Below are positions 55,183-64,000 of a stretch of DNA of 64,000 nucleotides, piece after piece; position 1 is the first letter of the stretch, and the number at the start of each line of letters is the position of its first letter. This stretch comes from Cercozoa sp. M6MM (Eukaryota; Protista; Endomyxa: Ascetosporea), in NCBI GenBank assembly GCA_040357565.1, contig JBDODJ010000058.1, one strand, 5' to 3'. Position numbers and translations under genes: made by a program. The notes under the pieces were generated by a model. That model worked only from the letters and a program-made list of their open reading frames with translations. It had not been told where the DNA came from and did not search any database.

Positions 55183-57683
55183 CAACACACACACACACAT
55201 CACTCAGGTTCGTGATAGCATTCACAGACACACACGTGAAATACCATGCCGAAGTGCACACAACACATCCATTCCGCCCTCATTTTGGTCCTACAAACCG
55301 CGAGTCAATCACCCCAAAAAATTGCAAACATGATGCATACCACTGCAGGCGTAATCCATTGGTACTCGCGCTCCTGGGCACTCTGGTTCTTTGCCCTCTG
55401 CGCGTACACACACACACATACACAGACAACACAGACAATACACAACACAGACACAGACACAAACACCACACAGACGACATAAAAGGGAAACAGATGACAA
55501 AGGCGATGTAGCGACATCCACCAAACATACCTCAGAGTCGGCGAGAAAACGATCGCCATGGTACAAGCCCAACAACGCACCTTGCTTCTACACAGACACA
55601 CGCATGCCGACACATAGCCGGCACGCTGGCACAAAGAGATTCTGAGAAAGTGAGTTACGAGTGCACGCAATGTCCGCAGTCCGTAGCCACATTGGTTTGC
55701 GTTGATAATCTACCTCACAGGCATCAAAGCAAACAAACAGCAGAGAAATCGAGGAACCTCTAGCTTGTAGCTATCGCACAGTTTCGGACAGTGGTAACAT
55801 TTGGGCCTACAGGCAAGTCAGCAGTGGAAGTACACAGTGCGAATAAAACTGGGAAATACACGCGCAACTGCAGCACTTTCTGCTGCGACAGATCACCGCT
55901 CAGTTGGTTTGGCCCAGAGAAGCGCAGTTCTGTTGCTGCACCAGCATGAAAACAAACATCGAGTCAGGTTATGCCAGCTGAGACAACACCATTAGAGGCA
56001 AAGTTGTCGCTATCGCGTTTGCAGTGCTCGCACTTGTCGGCGGCAACAGTGACTGGCAGCGAGACTTCAAGCTCCCAATCGTAGACGTCATTGCCAACTG
56101 TCCGGAGATAAGACACTTTGAAATCAATGCCACAAAAGCAACACGCTTGAATCGAAACAAACCATCTGGGGCAACGCTGATATTGTTGCGTTTGAGCACG
56201 TCGCGACGCCGATTTGCACATTTGCTGCACACCATAAGAGCAAAAAATAAACGGCACGCTTTGAGACGAGGGATGACTCAAGAAACGGGCAAGTGACGCG
56301 CACGGTGTCAAAGAGACCGTTGCTTTCCGCCGCTGTTTCATCTATTCACACATGCAAACTACCACGACACAGGCACAAAGAAATGAAACAACAGCACAGA
56401 CAAACCTGTGAGTTTGACTTCTTCAAGCAGACAAGCGTCGCACTTGCCGTGCATACAACAAAGAGACTGCCAGTTCTCGCCGTCTTTCTACAACACGCAA
56501 TCAGATTAAAAAGTGTACTCTTGTCCTCTGCTTTTTTCGAAATGCGACAGTACCAAACTATGACGGTTGGTACGCAGAAATTGAGGAAGAAACGAGCGCA
56601 CTCGAACCACCGAGCCAGTGCATGGGATTATCCGGCGACGCTCTGTGCTCTGTTTAATTAAATGTACGTGCCGGTGACACAAACTGCAGTGCAGAAAAAA
56701 GGGGAAAATACATTCGAATTAGAATGTCCACACTTGAGACACATTAGACGCTACACCAGGATTTGGATAATGACCACGAAGCGCATGGTTCAGGCTTAAC
56801 GTACCTGTGACTCCGCCTCGAGCTGCTGTCGTCGCTTCCGTTGTTCCTCCTCTTTTAACGAAAGCGCCAGTGCCTTTTTGCCAGCGCAGACGCAACCACA
56901 TTCCAAAGACACATGCACGCAAACAATGCTGTCTGGAATGTATGTTACCCGGCGAATTTGTTCTTCGTGTACGGCATTCTCAACTACACGCAGCTGCAGT
57001 GAAACCAGACGGACAAAAAAGCCGCTGAATTGTTGTACCAGAAAACGAAGCAGTGCGCTTCACACGTCTGCCACGCGATGATACTCTCGGCAGAGCAACA
57101 CTTTAGGACACACGAAGATTAAGTTCAGCTCCACCACGCGTCCTTCGGTACCTATATCGCTCAGCGTCCGGGACAAAGCGCAAGTCACGACTCGGTTTTG
57201 TGAAGATTTCATCTGAACCGCTATTGCCGGTGCTGCTTGTAGCTGTGCTCCCATCGGTGTTAACTTCCACAGTGCGCCTGCTTGATATGCTCGGATTGAG
57301 GTATCAGGAAATGCAACAACTCTACCGTGTCTGCTGACGTCGTCGTTTGCGCCGTTCACCTCGTGCCACTGCAGCAGCTTCTTCTGCATCCACTTTCTCA
57401 CCGAGCGATATCTACCACCGCGCAGGATGTGGAATCGCACACATACAAACACGAACTGAAACTATTACCCTCAACGCCAACCGCAAGGCAGCCTCCGTTT
57501 CGCGCGTTTCAGTTTCAAAGACGTGCCGACGGCGTCGCGTGCGCGTCGAACGACGCGGCTACACGTTTAAACAACAGAACAAATTTATCTGGGCTAAGGA
57601 ACAAAATGAAAGAGTCGAGAAAAACGGACCATCTTTTGTTCCACATCCACACGGGCACAAAACTCTTCATCTGTGTCACTCAT
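54667..57683 (-). CDS. SET and post-SET domain lysine methyltransferase
   Basis: VRMVNHSCSPNC, RDIMRGEELTVSYNY and post-SET CGCGANNCRNWLR*. Cys-rich exons upstream. Likely start MSDTDEEF. Confidence 0.85.
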
Positions 57684-57951
57684 TCGCTAGAACGTATTTG
57701 ATTCTGCGCTAAAAGCAGGCTAGCTTCAACACAAGACGGCGCTTACAGTACCGATTCTTTCTTTATTATTTTGATACTGGACTGTACAGTTGACCAATCA
57801 AAGAATCTGATTGAGAGTCGGCGATTGCCTTACTGCAAAGAAATCCACTGTGTGCAGCGGTGTGTGTTCACTTAAGCAGACGTCTCAGCAGCGCGTGCAG
57901 CTTTTTTCAGCTGCACTTGCTTTTCTGCTTCTGAGCAACAGGAGTGCCGTT

Positions 57952-60900
57952 ATGGGTGTCTCACGTGTGGGCTTGCGCGCCTTGGTGTCTTTTGAGTCAG
58001 TCTTGAGGGCGTTTATCCTTGCGTTGTACCCTTATCTTGCCAATTTTGTTTGAACGATAGTTGCTGGGTTATGTGCTGTGGGTAGGGTATGCGTGCTCGC
58101 CTTTTCCTTGCGCCTGTTCTCGGTACTTAGCTTGCGCCTGCGCTTATCATGTCTGTGCACGTGTTTCTTTCACAGGTGCTGCGCTTTGAAAGCATGATTC
58201 ACGAGTTCGATCCGTGGTTCAACTTTCGTGCAACCAAGGTATCTCTAAGTTTGGTGTACTCGCTGCAAACATCATCACCCGGCGTAGTACTTGTCGGAAG
58301 CGGGTCCGCATGCTTTCTGGAACTGGTTTGATGCAAGTACATGGTATCCGCTCGGCCGGTACCACTGTCATTACCTCTTGTCTATACACACACACGCGCA
58401 CGCGTGCGCGCGCGCGTGCGCGTAGCGTAGCATACATCGCACATTCAAACAGATGGGTCGGTGATACCGTGTATCCGGGACTCATGATGACGGCTGCCTT
58501 CATGCACTATGTCGCCAATCAGGTTGATCCTCTACGCTTTATGTCTTTGTATGTGTGTTTTTGTGCAGGATTATGCCTTGTCATGTAGATTTTGAACCTG
58601 ACGGTCGATATTCGTGAAGTGTGCGTATTCACGGCGCCAATTTTCGCCGCGTTGTCATCGCTCGCAGTCTATGGCCTTACCAAGCAAGTAGACTGTCTCT
58701 CGTGCAATTTGAGTATTGTGCGCTACTTGCTGATTGACAGGTTTGGAACGCGCGTGCTGGCTTGTTTGCCGCCTTGTTCGTTTCCTTGGTACACTGCACA
58801 TCACTATGCACAGAGCTTTTTGCATTGTGTATTGTTCCCACGCATAGGTTCCGGGCTACGTGTCACGTAGTGTTGCAGGCAGCTATGATAACGAGGTACC
58901 TCTTGCTGATTCACAGTGTCTGTTTACTTACGTCGCGGCAGGCTGTCGCGATTTTCGCTCTCGTTTTCTGTTTCTACCTGTGGTGCAAGGTATCTTTCTG
59001 ACTCATTAAACCTATGCACACATTACAGATGGATACGTAGGCTCTCAACACGGGCTCACTGTTTTGGAGCGGCGCTACAGCTCTAGGTAGCAAATGATGA
59101 CGAATTGTTCCGCTAAGAGTGCATTGTCGCAGGATACCTGTACATGGTGGCATCGTGGGGAGGCTATGTCTTCATCATCGGTCTTTTGCCTGCGCACGTT
59201 CTCGCTCTCATGGTACGTTTCAAAACGTCATGCGAATACGTTTTGTATCTGCCTATGCTTTGGAATGGCGCTCGGCGCGCAGCTTGCGGGCAGGTTCACA
59301 GACCGCGTTTACGTCGCATACTCCGTGTTTTATGCGGTTGGCACTCTCTTGTCCATGCAGATTCGGTGTGTTGTAACTCCTCACCCCTCTATGTGTTTGT
59401 TTTATGTGCGTGTCTGTAGGTTTGTTTCGTTCCAACCGCTGCAGTCGACTGAGCACCTGCCCGCCCTTGGCGTGTTTTGCCTCTGTCAGGTACCGGAGCT
59501 ACGGAGATACAGGCCACTTTTGTTTCCTGCTGTATTGTCATGTGTTTTGCTTCTTTTCCAACGATTTTTCTATTGGTTTGAAAAAATCTATCGGTTTTGA
59601 TTACGATTGCCGAGTCAATCTCATGTCTCGAATAGGCACACAAACTCGTGTCGGCGTTGCGCAGTGTTACGCCGAAGAAGCGTCACTCTCAAGTACTGGG
59701 ATCGTCTTTTATTTTAACTCAGTTTCTGATGTGTTGTTTGCGCGTAGGTTTCACGGCTCGTTGCCTTCCTCGCGATCGCCGCATTCGCCGCACTCCTTCT
59801 TTTGGGTACGTGGTTCGAGATAGATCTGATCTGTGCTAAGATTGTTTATGTGTACATAGCCGTATCGGGTGCGATACCAATGTTGACAGCGCGACTCCTC
59901 GAGCTCATCGTACTTCCTTTCTTTTTTCATTTTCTCTGAACGTGATCGCGCGCATGTGCGTAATTGCGAAGGGCCCGATCGCAGAGAACATGGCTATTGT
60001 GAAGTCCGTGAGTGAGCATCAGCCGACTTCGTGGGGGTTGGTTGTTTGTGTTCCCTTTCCGTGGAGTGTTATACGTGAACATGCAGCACGTTTTTCTTTG
60101 ACACCCACTGCCTCATGTTTTTGGCTCCTGTTGGTATTTTACGTTCTATGCATCTTGGTGTGATGCATCTGGTGTGATTTTAATACAGGCTTGTTCTTCT
60201 GCTTGCTGCGCGGCTTCTCTGACACGGCACGTCTCGTTTTTGCCGTTCTGTGCTACGATAATGACGGACTATGACATAGGCACTGTTTGCTGCGATGTAC
60301 GCGCTGTTTGCCACCTACTTCTCCGGTCGGTTTTGTATTTTGTCCGCCTTGTGAGTGTGCTGTGTGTGTGTCACTGTTCTGTCATTGACGTTTGTACTGT
60401 GTATCCGTTGTGTCTGTAGGCATCATGATTCGAATCGTGTTGGTGTTGTCGCCTGCGCTGTGTGTCCTTGGTATGTGATACGATGCGGCTGGCCGTTGTG
60501 ATACGCTGCACTACTTTGTTGCGACAGGCGGCATCGCTTGCAGCGAGTTGGTCAGTGCCTACGCTGGTACGTGTTTTGCACGTCTCGTATGTCGCTTGAT
60601 ATATCGCTTGATATATCGCTTGATATATCTTCGGGCAGGAGATGTGGTCTTCCGTGCGCGTTCGCTCTGGCAGCGCGTCCAGGGACTTTCCGTTCTGGGT
60701 ACCGCATTCCTTTATGGGAACGCATTCCTGTTGCGCTCGGTGTACGAAGTAGTTCGTGTTCGTTTGCACTCTTGATGTTGCCGTAGGCGTGATTGCACTT
60801 CTTGGTGCTTTTTTCACTGTGCACTGCAGTTGGGTATGGATTCTTTGCGCCCCACAAGTTGTTCTCAGAGACACTTTGTGTAGGTGACGTCGATGGCCTA

Positions 60901-62124
60901 CTCTTCACCGAGTATCGTCCTTCAATCCACCAATCCTGATGGCAGCAAGGTAGGGCTCCATAATTCTGATGTGATGGAGGATGATTGGCTGTAGAGGATA
61001 TTTGACGACTTCCGCGAGGCATACCAGTGGCTTTCGCACAACACGCCGGAGGATGCCAAGGTAGTTTCCCTCGTGTTCATCCGTATACCAGTATGTCCGT
61101 TGATGTCTCTGGCCACAGGTGATGTCGTGGTGGGACTACGGATATCAAATTACTGGTGTGTCTTTGGTTCTCATTTTCAAATCTGTGCATTATCTTGGAT
61201 GTCACATTACAGGCATGGCGGAGCGCAGCACCATAGTCGACAACAACACGCGTAACAACACGCACATCGCTACGGTTGGTACCGTCGCTTGTATCACTGT
61301 GTCTGTTTTGTTCTGAGATGTGTATGTGTGCAGGCCTAGCGATGGCGAGTACGGAGGAGATGGCGTACCCAATCATGCAGAAGTTGGGTGCTAATTACGT
61401 CCTCGTCGTCTTCGGTGGCATGCTAGGCTACTCGAGCGATGATATCAACAAGTACAATTTCCTCCGATTCATGTTTACTCATCATCTATGAAATTCGGTT
61501 TGTGTGCAGATTCCTGTGGATGGTCCGCATCTCGGGTGGTGTTTTCCCTCGCATCGTCGAGCGTGACTTCTACGCTGACCCGTATTATGATTCTGAGTGA
61601 GGCCAACCTGCACAACAGCCTCTGACTTTTTGTTTCGCAGGGCGAAGGGTGGTGGCTACCGCATTGATGCGGGAGCTTCCGATACCATGCGCAACTGTAC
61701 TATCCCGTGTATGGGGTTCGTTATATGGAGATCATATTCGTTATTCTTGGTCGCAGGCGCGATGTACAAAATGTGCTTCCATCGGTTTTACGATGTACTC
61801 ATTCCTTCGGCAAAGTGTTATCTTCGTAGACTATGTGTCTGTTGTGCAGGAGGCCATGTCGATTGGACAGAATGGCTATGATCGCGCACGCGGCCAGGTA
61901 CCTTGCTCTTTGACACCAAGTCGACATCCGACGTCTACGTCTTGAATATTTGTCAAAGGTTGTTGGAGAAAAGAGCCTGCAGCTCACGCACTTAGAGGAG
62001 GTACAGTTTGCTGTCTTTCCTTTTCATGGCACAGGTTTTACCAACTCATCAGGTTTACACGACGGAGCACTGGATGGTAAGAATCTACCGCGTGAAGTCT
62101 GAGCACGAGTTGCGGCGCTACTAG
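57952..62124 (+). CDS. STT3: oligosaccharyltransferase catalytic subunit STT3 (35 exons, about 690 aa)
   Basis: [90 protein letters not shown]. Confidence 0.97.
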
Positions 62125-62639
62125 CGGATTAAATGAATGGCGCCGGCAACGACCCATCGCGTCGAAACTAATATCTGTTCGATTCGATTCGATTCGATTC
62201 GATTCGGATAAGTAACCCCGAGAACAACAGTTTGTAATTACGCAGTAATTACGCTGTTCAGTAATTACTGAGCAAAAATGCAGTAATTTAACAGTAATCG
62301 CTCATAATTGCCACCGCAAATTTGCTTTCGTTTTACAGTCAAAATACGTCGCGTCACAGTCATAAGTATCGTATGATCCGATCTGTTCGGACGGAATTCC
62401 GTCCATGTACTTTCTTGACTTTCGACATTTTGGGAGCGGAGGGTGGGGTAAAAGGGAGAAAATACCTAAGGTGAGTATCCGTGTTGATCATGACTGCAAA
62501 GATGTCGCTGTGCTGACTTCGACCCTCCCGACATACCATGTGAGATTAACCACACATGAATCGGCTTGACGGCAATAGCAGTTAACTAGCATCGAAAATA
62601 CAGCGTAACTACAAACCCTTTGTACTCGGGGGATCTCGA

Positions 62640-63130
62640 CCATCTCACGCCACCCCAGGATTGATATAATTTAGGGGAACTACATCGTTGGTTTCTTGTA
62701 GACTGAACTAAATAAATAACTCGACTATCTGTAGCAACCCATGACGTAATCTCGACGGACGACAGTCGACGAGACGCCGACCGAGTACCAACTGTGAAGA
62801 AGATGACCTGGGAAACTTTAAAAGCGGAGTTGGATGGCCCCTCCCTAAGCGGGCAGTGGACTACGGCCGTGCCAAAACTGGTACAGGGAACTACATACTG
62901 TAGCTACGATCGATATCGACGCTGTCGACATCAGTCTGCCACTCCGTGGCGAAAGACTTGATGCGGAGGGTCGCTGGACGCCAACCAGGACTGAAACGAG
63001 ACTGCCGCAGGGATTGTTGACGCCAAGGGAGTCTGCGAGGGCGCGTCGTGGACGATTTTGCACCCCAACGACGCATGTTTGACGGCTTCGTGTCGCCAAG
63101 CTTCAACGTTCTGAGAAGACTGAACTGACT
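62640..63130 (+). mobile_element. head-to-tail stack of three retroelement 3' fragments (family A tail, family A 3' UTR, family B tail)
   Basis: 62650-62721 matches 25679-25740; 62805-62900 matches 25600-25710; 63061-63130 matches 38073-38150. Confidence 0.75.
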
Positions 63131-63951
63131 CGAGTAAATTACGACTACAGTAAATTACTAACTCGATCATCGTATAAAATGTATAATTATTTTATTCTAC
63201 GACACTCGATTGTATAACGAAATGGACCGTACCTACGCACTATAGTTACTGTACATACGTAGTTTCGCAATGAACAATGAAGTACAGGAAGACAATAGGT
63301 TCACACAACAACACAGAGCCGTGATACAGCAGGAGAACAACCGCATCAAGCAAATTAAACTACGAGTTGCGATGAAATGATGCTTGTTAACCTGTAGAGT
63401 AATTTCTGCTGACCTACTGGTTTAGTGCGTCACTATTAACAAGCACCACGTGGCACTGCCCGGGTTGCTCTAGGTAGCAGCACCACGACCTGGAGTTGTT
63501 GCCAGGCGTTGTTTTCGCCCTGGCAACGACCTCATGCTCGCAAAAATGCACGACATGCTCGCGCCACATGAGAGCTATGATTGCGACTATCTCTCCATAC
63601 TCGCTTCTGCTAGTAACAGTCGATATTTACCTCCCAACAGGGGGTGGGGGCGGGGGCACGAGAGCGCGAGACGCGCATGATCGTTGTTGCAGGCTCAGCG
63701 GCGCTGGGCTCAGCTCGCCTGCCTGCCTGCCTGCCTGCCTGTCTGCTGCCCCAGTGGCACCAGCTTCGCCTGCTCGCCGGGTGGCGAAGTCCGTTGGCCA
63801 AGTCCGTTGGCCTTGGTAAATATAGAATTATTGTGCGGCGGTGGGGTTCGAACCCGCTGGGTGATTGAGTCGGCGGCCGCCGACTTTGGTACCTACCAGG
63901 TGGCCCAAGGCGGGTGTGTGTATCGTTGCATCGTCGCGGCTTTGTCGTAGT

Positions 63952-64000
63952 ATTCCTATGGTCTAGTGGTGATGACATTGGACTTTGAATCCAATGACCC
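63952..64000 (+). tRNA. tRNA-Gln(TTG), truncated by window end
   Basis: TG GTCTAGTGGTGATGAC D-arm, anticodon arm TTGGA-CTTTGAA-TCCAA, then TGACCC; closely resembles eukaryotic tRNA-Gln. Confidence 0.8.

Noticed and set aside
57952-62124. Stop-codon reassignment or alternative genetic code
   Set aside because: All STT3 exons, and those decoded in the other conserved genes, splice in frame without internal stops. TAA, TAG and TGA all serve as terminators.
57952-62124. Base-pairing between intron ends (GTAC vs GTAG) as in introners or euglenid-type introns
   Set aside because: Intron 1 fits, but the next ten checked show no consistent +3..+6 / -3..-6 covariation, and the introns are not similar to one another.
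63370-63446. snoRNA or SECIS at the 10-bp inverted repeat TGCTTGTTAA/TTAACAAGCA
   Set aside because: Boxes are imperfect or misplaced, and there is no adjacent selenoprotein.

Overview
Gene-dense, extremely intron-rich nuclear DNA from a microbial eukaryote, most likely a flagellated protist given the CEP120 homologue; I cannot assign the taxon. The genes I decoded use the standard genetic code. Manual exon stitching gives about 16 protein-coding genes: 5-oxoprolinase, OST48/WBP1, alanyl-tRNA synthetase, a DUF1697 protein, CEP120, TIP41/TIPRL, PRCC, ACBP-ankyrin, an aberrant importin-alpha-like protein, a SET/post-SET protein, STT3, an F-box protein, an acylated acidic protein and three hypotheticals. 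There is also a partial tRNA-Gln, LINE fragments ending in (AACT)n, many (CA/GT)n intron microsatellites and several assembly gaps. The most unusual signals are: (1) a GTAC-dominated, A+4-depleted 5' splice site with an RYAG 3' site and very even exon sizes; (2) near-strict strand alternation, giving seven head-to-head gene pairs, with retroelements confined to spacers downstream of genes; (3) a retroelement tail that carries stop codons in all six frames and supplies the oxoprolinase stop; (4) an importin-alpha with basic motifs in unexpected places; (5) a shared motif upstream of both OST subunit genes. Most entries in the supplied ORF track are microsatellite or intron artefacts. Gene coordinates are spans (start to stop, introns included) from manual reading and have no transcript support.
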